This document shows positions 1 through 7,539 of a DNA stretch of 31,654 nt, piece after piece. The stretch is from the UHGV virus genome UHGV-0150949; one strand, written 5' to 3'. The DNA comes from a virus. The translations under genes were made by a program, and so were the position numbers. Numbering within the stretch: the stretch's first letter is position 1; every line of letters starts with the position of its first letter. The notes under the pieces were generated by a model that did no database searches, was not told the origin of the DNA, and saw nothing but the letters and a program-made list of their open reading frames with translations.

Positions 1-687
1 CGAGGTATCGGTGATTGTCTGGATGAGGCTGAGCAAGAGCTTATCGTTACCATTAACAAATATGCCAGTCAGTTGGCAGCAGAACCGATAGCGACTAATG
101 ACGTTCGAGAGCAGCAGACAGCCGTTCCGCCAGTTCCGGAAATACAGGCTGATGTCGGGCAGGCAATTGAAAAACTCAAACGGAAATTAGTGGAATGCAA
201 TCGCTATAACTACTGCGCAGATGCAGTTAAGGGCGTTGAGTATGCCTGCCACGCTGCCATGCTTCAGGGTAGCCAACCTGTAAGCCAAACTTACAAGTTT
301 CCAGTTAATACACCTTGCCAGGATGCGCCAGCCCATATCTGGCTGCAAACAGCTGGAGTATGGCCAGAAGATGGCGAGTTAAGCGAATTAACGTGGTGCA
401 GCCACAATCAGCACCATGATGACACGCTATATGTTCGAGCTGACTTGGTAAATGGAAATTCTCCGGTAACTCCGGATGGTTGGATAAGCTGTAGTGAGCG
501 AATGCCGGATACCAAAACAGCCGTTCTTGTTGCCGTGGAGTTTGACAGGAAAGGTGACTGGCGAATGAAATGGGCGACTTACATCCCGGGTCATCCTGAC
601 GCTAATGATGGGTGGATAATTCCTGGTGCGTCGTGGAAACCGTCACACTGGATGCCGCTACCAGAACCGCCACAGGAGGCGAAATGA
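1..687 (+). CDS. DUF551-like phage early protein, probably 5'-truncated by the window edge
   Basis: ORF track 73..687, but codon 73 is TTG and the frame stays open back to base 1. C-terminal W/P-rich tail (...WKPSHWMPLPEPP) resembles the DUF551 family of lambdoid early-left regions (recollection, not searched). Confidence 0.55.
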   Translation, partial: RGIGDCLDEAEQELIVTINKYASQLAAEPIATNDVREQQTAVPPVPEIQADVGQAIEKLKRKLVECNRYNYCADAVKGVEYACHAAMLQGSQPVSQTYKFPVNTPCQDAPAHIWLQTAGVWPEDGELSELTWCSHNQHHDDTLYVRADLVNGNSPVTPDGWISCSERMPDTKTAVLVAVEFDRKGDWRMKWATYIPGHPDANDGWIIPGASWKPSHWMPLPEPPQEAK

Positions 688-944
688 TGGATGTAAAAGA
701 GAAGGTTTTGCAGGTGATGCGTTCCCGTGCTGCCCTACAAGAGAAAGCTCTCGGCGGTGAATATCCATTCACGATAGCAACCTGGAATTTGCGGTTGGCA
801 ATGGAGAAGGAATTTCCTGATGAAGAATGGCGTTCGGCAGATTTGCGCAAAATTCTTATGGAGATTGCTAAAGACGGAACAGTATCTAAAGATACCTATG
901 CCAGCCGGATTGGTCAGGCGGTATGGAGGCTGGAGGTGCGGTAA
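684..944 (+). CDS. hypothetical early-left protein (86 aa)
   Basis: Internal ATG (residue 25) of track ORF 612..944, which itself begins at a GTG. ATGA overlap with the upstream stop suggests translational coupling. Confidence 0.6.
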   Translation: MMDVKEKVLQVMRSRAALQEKALGGEYPFTIATWNLRLAMEKEFPDEEWRSADLRKILMEIAKDGTVSKDTYASRIGQAVWRLEVR

Positions 945-1228
945 TGGCTAACCTACAACTTGCCGTCAAAGGTGAATACTTCGATGCCATGATTCGCGGG
1001 GAGAAAACGGAAGAGTATCGCCTGTGTAATGACTATTGGAATAAGCGAATTATGTTCCGGGAGTATGACCGCCTGATTATCACGAAGGGATATCCGAAGC
1101 GCGACGATTCCAGCCGCAGAATTGACGTCCCGTATGAAGGGTATGAAATAAAGACAATTACACATCCGCACTTTGGAGAGAATCCGGTTAAGGTATACGC
1201 GATAAAGGTAAATATCGTCACTGAATAA
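944..1228 (+). CDS. ASCH/DUF3850-like small protein (94 aa)
   Basis: Internal ATG (residue 8) of track ORF 923..1228, TAATG overlap with previous gene. N-terminal pattern LxVKGEYFDAMIRGEKTEEYR resembles ASCH-like folds (recollection). Confidence 0.55.
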   Translation: MANLQLAVKGEYFDAMIRGEKTEEYRLCNDYWNKRIMFREYDRLIITKGYPKRDDSSRRIDVPYEGYEIKTITHPHFGENPVKVYAIKVNIVTE

Positions 1229-1231
1229 CAA

Positions 1232-1258
1232 TCCTCGCACTCGCGGGGATTTCTTTTA
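1232..1258 (+). terminator. intrinsic terminator (7-bp GC-rich stem with one G-U pair, then TTTCTTTTAT)
   Basis: Hairpin tcctcgc-actc-gcgggga followed by a T-run, immediately after the 944..1228 stop. Seen in sequence. Confidence 0.55.
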
Positions 1259-1264
1259 TCTGAA

Positions 1265-1288
1265 CTCGCTACGGCGGGTTTTGTTTTA
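1265..1288 (+). terminator. second tandem hairpin plus T-run
   Basis: ctcgc-tacg-gcggg followed by TTTTGTTTTAT. Weaker stem. Seen in sequence. Confidence 0.35.
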
Positions 1289-1300
1289 TGGAGATGATAA

Positions 1301-1468
1301 ATGCACTTCCGAGTTACAGGTGAATGGAATGGAGAACCATTCAACAGAGTTATCGAAGCAGAGGACATCAACGACTGCTATAACCACTGGATGATATGGG
1401 CGCAGATAGCACATGCAGAAGTAACCAATATTCGAATTGAAGAACTGAAAGAACACCAATCCGCCTGA
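1301..1468 (+). CDS. small hypothetical protein (55 aa), not in ORF track (below 60 aa)
   Basis: ATG at 1301 preceded by GGAG (7-nt spacer). Translation MHFRVTGEWNGEPFNRVIEAEDINDCYNHWMIWAQIAHAEVTNIRIEELKEHQSA. Stop overlaps the ATG at 1468. Confidence 0.5.
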   Translation: MHFRVTGEWNGEPFNRVIEAEDINDCYNHWMIWAQIAHAEVTNIRIEELKEHQSA

Positions 1469-1482
1469 TGGCGGTTTTTTAT
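1461..1482 (+). terminator. intrinsic terminator (ccgcc-tgat-ggcgg plus T6)
   Basis: 5-bp GC stem and TTTTTT run overlapping the stop of the 55-aa ORF. Seen in sequence. Confidence 0.5.
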
Positions 1483-1494
1483 TGGAGACAAGAA

Positions 1495-1839
1495 ATGTCA
1501 GATTTGGCTATGAAGGTTTTGAAATGGCAATCAACTGGCGATGTCGGCATCAGTAGCGCAACTCTTGCCTCAATCGCATGTGGACTGAAAAAGAATATCT
1601 ATGGTCATCACTTCGGCGCTCCACATGACGCAGCCGATTTCCAACGATGCGTTGCGCTTGTTGAGCAGATTCCAGAAATCAGAGATTCATTCGACAAGGT
1701 TGCAAAGCGCGTTCCGGCATTCAAAGGCATCCTCAACGAATGGGATTCCCTCGTTGCTCTGTTGAAGTCTGAAATGAAGATACACGGAAACAAAGCACCA
1801 GAGACTTACAGAAGAATCAGCGAGCTACGCAAGGACTAA
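1495..1839 (+). CDS. hypothetical early-left protein (114 aa)
   Basis: Track ORF 1468..1839. Preferred start is the ATG at residue 10 (1495), which has a GGAG 9 nt upstream and lies after the terminator hairpin. Confidence 0.6.
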   Translation: MSDLAMKVLKWQSTGDVGISSATLASIACGLKKNIYGHHFGAPHDAADFQRCVALVEQIPEIRDSFDKVAKRVPAFKGILNEWDSLVALLKSEMKIHGNKAPETYRRISELRKD

Positions 1840-1878
1840 CGCCTCACACTCGATGAGGCCTGTACATATCTGATAGAG

Positions 1879-1902
1879 CCGCTATATGGCGGTTTCTTTT
1901 TG
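1879..1902 (+). terminator. intrinsic terminator (ccgc-tatatg-gcgg plus TTTCTTTTT)
   Basis: Hairpin and T-run about 40 nt after the 1839 stop. Same stem family as the 1461 hairpin. Confidence 0.5.
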
Positions 1903-1916
1903 CCTGGAGAATTAAG

Positions 1917-2108
1917 ATGACCGATACCAGCCTGATTCCTGAGAAAGAAGTGATGAACAAGCTCGGTGTTTCATCACGTCAGACAATCTGGAACTATACC
2001 AAACGACACGGATTTCCGAAGCCAGTCAGAACCCACCCCAAATCATACCTTCGTGAAGCTGTTGAAGGGTGGATTCTTAACGGTGGCGTTAATCAGAAAT
2101 GCTCCTGA
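1917..2108 (+). CDS. AlpA-family DNA-binding protein / excisionase-like (63 aa)
   Basis: ATG with GGAG 9 nt upstream. Sequence LIPEKEVMNKLGVSSRQTIWNYTKRHGFPKP matches the AlpA/Xis winged-helix pattern (established family). Its 3' end overlaps the integrase 3' end convergently. Confidence 0.75.
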   Translation: MTDTSLIPEKEVMNKLGVSSRQTIWNYTKRHGFPKPVRTHPKSYLREAVEGWILNGGVNQKCS

Positions 2109-3267
2109 TGTGCCAGAACAATTTATCAGCGTGAAGCTCATACGCTTTGCGCTGAGCCTCTATCCAGTCGTGTTTATTGTATACTGACATTATCCCGCCA
2201 AGTTCATGACCGAGCATTCGCTCAGTAACATGAGGCTCGACATTCATCTCGGACAGACGTGTAACAAGCGTTCTTCTGAAATCATGTGTTCGCCAGTAAC
2301 CCAGATCCATCCCTCCCCTTATTCTATTTACGAATCGGTTGGCTGCAGCGATGCTGATCGGTTTGTTTATGTCTTCTCCAGGGAAAAGAACATCATTGTA
2401 CGTTGTCATGGCTTTTTCGAGAAAAGGCTTAATTTGTTCGAAGATTGGACGGCGGATAACATTACCCATCTTGCTATGCTCTTTCGGTACGGTCCATACG
2501 TTGTCCAGCAGGTCAAATTCTGTCTTTGTTGCCAGCCTAAGCTCTGAGAGCCTCGCCCCCCACAGCATAAGCATCTGATGAAGGAGCTTATTTGACGTAG
2601 ACGCACGGCTTCTTTCAATAGCAAGCCAAATCTTAGCCAGTTCGTGATACGACAGTACCCGATCCCCTACCTCAGCGCGGGAGCCGAAGTCCCTTGGTTG
2701 GATGCTCATAATTGCGCAACTATCTATCAACTGACGCCGCATGCACCAACTTATTGCTGATCTTAGTTGACTTAGCACCTGCCTTGCTCGGCGTGGATTA
2801 TCTCTTTCTTCTTCGGTAAGCAGGTCAACCCATTGCTTAACCGTGATAGAAGATGCCGGACGATTAGGAAAGGCGTCATGCATGCGCTTCATAACCGTTG
2901 ATCGGTAAAGTGCCTGGGTCTTTTCTCTGAGAGTTGTAGAGACGTAGTTGTCGAACCAGTAGTCGAGACACTGGGCGACCGTCATGGAGTTCTCCACCTT
3001 CTCTTCAAAATAGGTGCGTGGATCCGTTCCTGAGAAATAGAGCTTTCGCAAGTCAGCAGTGATCTGTCTGGCATCCTTCAAAGACAGGGATGGGTATCGA
3101 CCAAGCCCAAGTCGATTAGGCTTGCCATGCCAGCGATAGCGGTACTGGAACTGGATGACCCCCTTCGGTGAAATTCGTACGCTGAGGCCATCGGCATCAG
3201 CCACTTCTTGTGGGCCCGAATATGGTTTACCATAAATAGTACGCAGTTTTGTGTCGCTTATAGCCAT
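2089..3267 (-). CDS. int: tyrosine integrase, P4-type with N-terminal arm-binding (DUF4102-like) domain
   Basis: 392-aa ORF. N-terminus GLSVRISPKGVIQFQYRYRWHGKPNRLGLGRYPSLSLKDAR and C-terminal RTHDFRRT / HELGG catalytic-region motifs are typical of phage integrases. Confidence 0.93.
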   Translation of the reverse strand: MAISDTKLRTIYGKPYSGPQEVADADGLSVRISPKGVIQFQYRYRWHGKPNRLGLGRYPSLSLKDARQITADLRKLYFSGTDPRTYFEEKVENSMTVAQCLDYWFDNYVSTTLREKTQALYRSTVMKRMHDAFPNRPASSITVKQWVDLLTEEERDNPRRARQVLSQLRSAISWCMRRQLIDSCAIMSIQPRDFGSRAEVGDRVLSYHELAKIWLAIERSRASTSNKLLHQMLMLWGARLSELRLATKTEFDLLDNVWTVPKEHSKMGNVIRRPIFEQIKPFLEKAMTTYNDVLFPGEDINKPISIAAANRFVNRIRGGMDLGYWRTHDFRRTLVTRLSEMNVEPHVTERMLGHELGGIMSVYNKHDWIEAQRKAYELHADKLFWHIRSISD

Positions 3268-3575
3268 AAATAATATTTGGTACGCTCAGAAATAATAGTT
3301 TGGTACACATCTGGTACACAATATCACATGGACAACAGCGCACAGTAAACAACTATATTTGACGTTCGTAGACATACTCAGGTGAAAAAATGGTTGTTTT
3401 TCGAGTTATAACAGACAGTTAATTAACTACAGTGGACAATGCTAGACAATGACAGACACAGATAAACAACCTACCTTCCTCTTTCACGATTACACGCACC
3501 CAGCCTGAGAACAGCCATGAGTAAGGGTTTCATGGTTTATGATTTTAATTTGGTACACAATTTGGTACGCATCGC
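3268..3575. other. putative attP region with integrase arm-type repeats
   Basis: Five direct copies of TTGGTAC(A/G)C at about 3276-3285, 3299-3309, 3311-3320, 3549-3560 and 3561-3570, flanking an AT-rich roughly 230-bp core directly upstream of int. No tRNA-like core recognised. Confidence 0.5.
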
Positions 3576-4106
3576 AATTTTCACATTACTTGGCAGTCAT
3601 AAAACTCAACATAACGCGCTTCGTTGATGATGTACGTGATCACCAAAAATATCGCATCCGGACTAGTTCCATCTTCATGTGTAGGTATCTGTTCATGCCT
3701 ACCTGTATGCAAACCAGTAATAAGCCATTACAGGGTGATAGTGATGCATCAACTACGATAAATGCAGAGACATGCTGCAGTGGTGGGCGGACTGGATTGA
3801 TGAAAAGGTGGGGTAATGCCACCCATCACACCACCACGCCATCCTGCAGCGCGCTGTTGATGAAGTACGTAACACGCCACATCACCTCCACCTCTTCCGC
3901 CGCCTCCACTTCGATCGCTTCACCATCATCCGTGATTAATGCCCTTCCCATCACTCTGGCAAATTGCGTTCTGCCGCCGGACAAAATCAGCAGAACATGA
4001 TTCTGAACCAGCCTGGTGCACGGCTGGGACGGAAGTCGCTGTCGTTCTCAAAATCGGTGGAGCTGCATGACAAAGTCATCGGGCATTATCTGAATATAAA
4101 ACACTA

Positions 4107-4313
4107 TCAGTAAGTTGGAGTCATTACCGACAATGCGCAGGAATCACGAAACTCGTTCAGATCAGGCTTATTACCATCGACTTTAACGGCAGTATTTGGC
4201 TTAAAATAAAAACCAGCGCCCCACCCGTTACCGCGCACCTCAATAATGGCAATGCTGTTAATTCCTTTAACCTCTCCACCGTCAAATTTGAAAGCACCGC
4301 TTTCTGTTTTCAT
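4107..4313 (-). CDS. small hypothetical protein (68 aa) downstream of tailspike
   Basis: Track ORF 4107..4352. Start placed at residue 14 ATG with GGAGA about 10 nt upstream. No family recognised. Confidence 0.45.
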   Translation of the reverse strand: MKTESGAFKFDGGEVKGINSIAIIEVRGNGWGAGFYFKPNTAVKVDGNKPDLNEFRDSCALSVMTPTY

Positions 4314-4314
4314 T

Positions 4315-4500
4315 TTAATCATTCTCCGTAACAGGTTCATTGTGAGCAGCATTTAGTACTCGCTGGAGTGGCTGGTCATTTTCGCGATCTAATTCAGCCT
4401 GTAATGCATTCATTGAAGAATTAAAAGCAGGAACTTCATGACCGCTAAGATTTACGCGAAGCATAAACTGCATGATATTTTGAATAGTTTGCTTATCCAT
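4315..4500 (-). CDS. small hypothetical protein (61 aa) immediately downstream of tailspike
   Basis: Track ORF with AGGA 8 nt upstream of the ATG. Starts 12 nt after the tailspike stop. Confidence 0.5.
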   Translation of the reverse strand: MDKQTIQNIMQFMLRVNLSGHEVPAFNSSMNALQAELDRENDQPLQRVLNAAHNEPVTEND

Positions 4501-4512
4501 TTTATTGTCCTG

Positions 4513-5949
4513 TTAAGTTAAACCAATTAATCCATGCCCGGTTGAAGCATGTAAGTCCTGAATTAATGCTGCAACTACCTTTGCTAAATCTTCGTGAGTT
4601 ATTGTTCCAGAGTTAAATGCTGCTCGGGATACGGTGCCGGTTGGCGATCCCCATCCCGTCCTCCTCTCTGAAATAACTTGATTGCCATTAAGTCGTATTC
4701 TTAAGTTGTTGAAGTTAGCCCAGTTCTCAGCCCTGTTGAAACTCAAATGTGTTGTATTTGCCGGGCCCGTTCCTACCGTAATTCGTTGATTGTCGCCCAT
4801 CAAAATTGCGCAGTTGTTTGAAAATCTAGCTTCAGAAAATGAAATTCCACTCCTAAAATAATTTGTTCTAAATCTAATGCCGTTTGCAGCTCCAGATGAT
4901 AGAGATCCCTCAAGTCTGATGTATTCGCCATTACCTACCTCGGTTAGTTCCTCTGTTGGAGTGGAAATAGAATTACCTCTAAACAACATTCCTGTCCAGA
5001 TATAACCATTTGGAGCTTCACTCCCTCTTCCGATGGTAATCATCTGTGTTACTGGATTGCTTTTATCCTGAGTTACACATACCAACCCTCTTACAGATCC
5101 TTGCAGTGCATTCTCCATCCATCCTTTATCGGGACCTCGATTATTCAGATTAAATTCATGTGCAATAGTGCTAATCGCTCCATTCTGCACTGCATCTCCT
5201 AATACTGCACCATATGACCACCCCCCCCATGTTTCGGCTTGCGGATTTCTTGATTCTCCACGCATGTGGTGACCAATTGAATGCCCATTCCCTCCCTCAT
5301 GCTTAGCAACACTTGTAGTTGTGCATGTATATGCACTTCCTGACACCTTGCGCAAAGAGTTATAAATTACCCCCTGATCCCATCGTTTGATGCCGTCATC
5401 CCTAGTTGCAGAACTAATTTTTTCCAGCCAAATAATGGGATCTGGAATTGGTGTTTCTGGTATGGAGAATCTCTGTCGTGTAGCATTTTTATATATGATA
5501 GTTTCATTGTTATAAATATTGTCACCAGCTGCATCTGAACCAGTCCATCCTGAGCCAGCATAAAAATTCTTAAGTCCATCACCAGACTGTCCAGTCAAAA
5601 CTACTCTTAACTGATCCGGGTCATACTTCAGCACATTTGGGAATTTGAACTGCTGTGCACCATACGCATCATAAACAGCCATAGAATGGCCTTGCTCAGT
5701 TACGAATTTGGCAATCTGTCCGTTATATACAGGGTAACCAGCGGCGTTAATGATGATTGGTTGCGAAACGGGAACATGAGAGCCGTCTTCGTTCTCTACA
5801 TAAACCTGAATCTGGTTTTCAGGATTTACTGGGTCAGTGTCAATTTTACCGATATAAATCTTTCCATTAGCTACGGCTTTAAAAGAACGAGCCATAGTGA
5901 AGAGTTGCGAAGGCATGCTGACTACAACATTGGCTGTAATGTCTGTCAT
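4513..5949 (-). CDS. tailspike protein: P22/Sf6-type N-terminal head-binding domain, divergent shorter C-terminal domain
   Basis: The first roughly 115 aa ([46 protein letters not shown]...VLKYDPDQ) match the P22 gp9 / Sf6 tailspike particle-binding domain as I recall it. The remaining roughly 360 aa are unrelated to the P22 beta-helix as far as I can tell. Confidence 0.9.
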   Translation of the reverse strand: MTDITANVVVSMPSQLFTMARSFKAVANGKIYIGKIDTDPVNPENQIQVYVENEDGSHVPVSQPIIINAAGYPVYNGQIAKFVTEQGHSMAVYDAYGAQQFKFPNVLKYDPDQLRVVLTGQSGDGLKNFYAGSGWTGSDAAGDNIYNNETIIYKNATRQRFSIPETPIPDPIIWLEKISSATRDDGIKRWDQGVIYNSLRKVSGSAYTCTTTSVAKHEGGNGHSIGHHMRGESRNPQAETWGGWSYGAVLGDAVQNGAISTIAHEFNLNNRGPDKGWMENALQGSVRGLVCVTQDKSNPVTQMITIGRGSEAPNGYIWTGMLFRGNSISTPTEELTEVGNGEYIRLEGSLSSGAANGIRFRTNYFRSGISFSEARFSNNCAILMGDNQRITVGTGPANTTHLSFNRAENWANFNNLRIRLNGNQVISERRTGWGSPTGTVSRAAFNSGTITHEDLAKVVAALIQDLHASTGHGLIGLT

Positions 5950-6017
5950 TTAATTTGCTCCAGATACAAGGAATCGCCGCAGCATTGCCACAGTGATGCA
6001 TTATTAATCAAACAAAG

Positions 6018-6032
6018 AGACCACTGTGGTCT
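6018..6032. promoter_or_regulatory. candidate Mnt operator (perfect 7-1-7 palindrome AGACCACTGTGGTCT)
   Basis: Palindrome lies in the divergent intergenic region between tailspike and mnt. Resembles the symmetric Mnt operator type of P22 immI. A weaker related palindrome is about 30 bp upstream. Confidence 0.45.
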
Positions 6033-6095
6033 TATTGAGGATGCAACCAGCAGATAATAAGATGCCGATCCACTCACAAAAGCGAGGCATCAAGA

Positions 6096-6347
6096 ATGGG
6101 AAGAGATGACCCGCAATTTAATCTGCGGCTACCTTACGAATTAAAGGAAAAACTAAAACAGCGAGCCAAATCCAATGGCCGCTCTCTTAATTCAGAATTA
6201 GTTCAGATAGTTACTGATGCTGTATCAAAGCCATCCAAAATTTCAGGCTATCGAGACGATGCGGAACGCATCGCTGATGAGCAGTCCGAACTTGTTAAGA
6301 AGATGGTGTTTGATACGCTGAAGGATTTGTACAAAAAACCCACCTGA
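6096..6347 (+). CDS. mnt: Mnt repressor (ribbon-helix-helix, Arc/MetJ superfamily)
   Basis: 83 aa, very close to P22 Mnt as recalled (RDDPQFNLRLPYELKEKLKQRAKSNGRSLNSELVQIV...DEQSELVKKMVFDTLKDLYKK). GAGG RBS 9 nt upstream. Confidence 0.9.
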   Translation: MGRDDPQFNLRLPYELKEKLKQRAKSNGRSLNSELVQIVTDAVSKPSKISGYRDDAERIADEQSELVKKMVFDTLKDLYKKPT

Positions 6348-6446
6348 CGGTGGGTTAATTTTTGCATTTACCTGGGCCATATTGACTACTTATAAAATGA
6401 GATCAATATTTAATCGCCCAATAACGGGTGTATGTTGAGGTATATC

Positions 6447-6626
6447 ATGGCGAAAAAACCAGGTGAAAACACAGGAAAAAACGGCGGAATATACCAAGAA
6501 GTTGGCCCGCGCGGCGGTAAGAAAGACAATTTTGCCACCGTCAAGGACAACGAAAGGCTTCCACCAACAACAAAGCCAGGTCATGGCTGGGTATTAGATA
6601 AGCGAACTCCAGACAGCAAAAAGTAA
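6447..6626 (+). CDS. small basic Gly/Lys-rich protein (59 aa), unknown function
   Basis: Internal ATG (residue 6) of track ORF 6432..6626 with GAGG 6 nt upstream. Followed directly by a terminator hairpin. Confidence 0.55.
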   Translation: MAKKPGENTGKNGGIYQEVGPRGGKKDNFATVKDNERLPPTTKPGHGWVLDKRTPDSKK

Positions 6627-6630
6627 TAAT

Positions 6631-6656
6631 CAAGCCGGATCACTCCGGCTTTTTGA
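6631..6656. terminator. bidirectional intrinsic terminator (agccgga-tcac-tccggct)
   Basis: 7-bp stem with T-runs on both sides, between the convergent genes 6447..6626 (+) and 6640..7005 (-). Confidence 0.6.
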
Positions 6657-7005
6657 TATGTCGCTCGCAGAACTCAACAAGCCTGCTCATTAAGTAGCAG
6701 TAAGTCTCGTTGGCTCTTCCTGGTTCAACATCAACACCGACCCTTGAGCAGATATCGAATGCCATGTGAGCGCACTCATGGGCAATAGTAGATAGTTTGC
6801 CATTGAACACGCCTATCACATGCAAAACACCATTCTCGCTACTCATTGTATGAGACGCTCCGTTGGCGTCCGAGTCATGCACGTCAACGCCAAGTTTTTG
6901 ATGCAGGCGTTGCCATTCTGGAAAGTCTCTACAAAACACAATTGTACCGCTCTCAAAGAGCGGTACTAGCATCTTTGGTACGTTTCCAATGTTAACTTTT
7001 TTCAT
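6640..7005 (-). CDS. small HExxH-motif protein (121 aa), putative zinc metallopeptidase-like
   Basis: Track ORF. Contains HECAHM. AGGA 4 nt upstream of the ATG. No confident family assignment. Confidence 0.6.
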   Translation of the reverse strand: MKKVNIGNVPKMLVPLFESGTIVFCRDFPEWQRLHQKLGVDVHDSDANGASHTMSSENGVLHVIGVFNGKLSTIAHECAHMAFDICSRVGVDVEPGRANETYCYLMSRLVEFCERHIKKPE

Positions 7006-7039
7006 GGTATCCTGCGCAAAACTAAGGAGAGTTAATTAT

Positions 7040-7525
7040 ATGAAAAAATCACTGTTAATTATCCCGCTTCTGCTGGCTGGGTGCGCAAAAGTAAGCGACT
7101 ATCAGGCAAGTTGCGAGCAACGCTATCCAAAGCTTAGCGATATGGCTAATTGCCTTGATGCCAGCTTGAAGAACGACTCTCGCATGGCATCAGCACCAAC
7201 ACCTAAGCTGTATGTCCTTGCTGCGAAGATGCTCGGGCAAGGTGTCGATGAAGGCAAGATAAGTGACACACAGGCAAGACTTGAACTTCAGAATCTTTAT
7301 GTTCAATTACAAAGCCAAGAACAAGCCCAACAAATAGCGCAAAGCCAAGCATTCCAGCAGGCTTTATTGAATTATCAGGCTGTAAACACAATGCAAGCGA
7401 TCGAGCAAAAAGCGCGCCAGCCTGTTATAACTCAACCTTACCCAACACGCGTTGACACATATACAAACTGCAATTCAGGATTTGGAAACACGGTAACATG
7501 CAACAGTAGCAGTAATATCAGGTAG
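7040..7525 (+). CDS. lipoprotein (161 aa) with Q-rich coiled-coil-like region
   Basis: Internal ATG (residue 18) of track ORF 6989..7525, preceded by AAGGAGA. N-terminus MKKSLLIIPLLLAGC is a signal peptide with an LAGC lipobox. Antisense to the late operon. Confidence 0.7.
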   Translation: MKKSLLIIPLLLAGCAKVSDYQASCEQRYPKLSDMANCLDASLKNDSRMASAPTPKLYVLAAKMLGQGVDEGKISDTQARLELQNLYVQLQSQEQAQQIAQSQAFQQALLNYQAVNTMQAIEQKARQPVITQPYPTRVDTYTNCNSGFGNTVTCNSSSNIR

Positions 7526-7539
7526 TTATATCTTATCTT

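Noticed and set aside
2206-2624. Several 70-115 aa ORFs antisense to the integrase
   Set aside because: Fully embedded antisense within a well-supported integrase CDS. No RBS, and composition looks like shadow ORFs.
3539-4000. 153-aa + strand ORF spanning the attP arm repeats and the downstream segment
   Set aside because: Starts inside the integrase arm-site repeats, has a low-complexity S/T/H-rich translation and no RBS. More likely spurious than a gene.
6989-7039. Upstream extension of the lipoprotein ORF to the track start at 6989
   Set aside because: The ATG at 7040 has a strong AAGGAGA RBS and yields a canonical lipoprotein signal peptide. The extension would overlap the divergent HExxH gene start.
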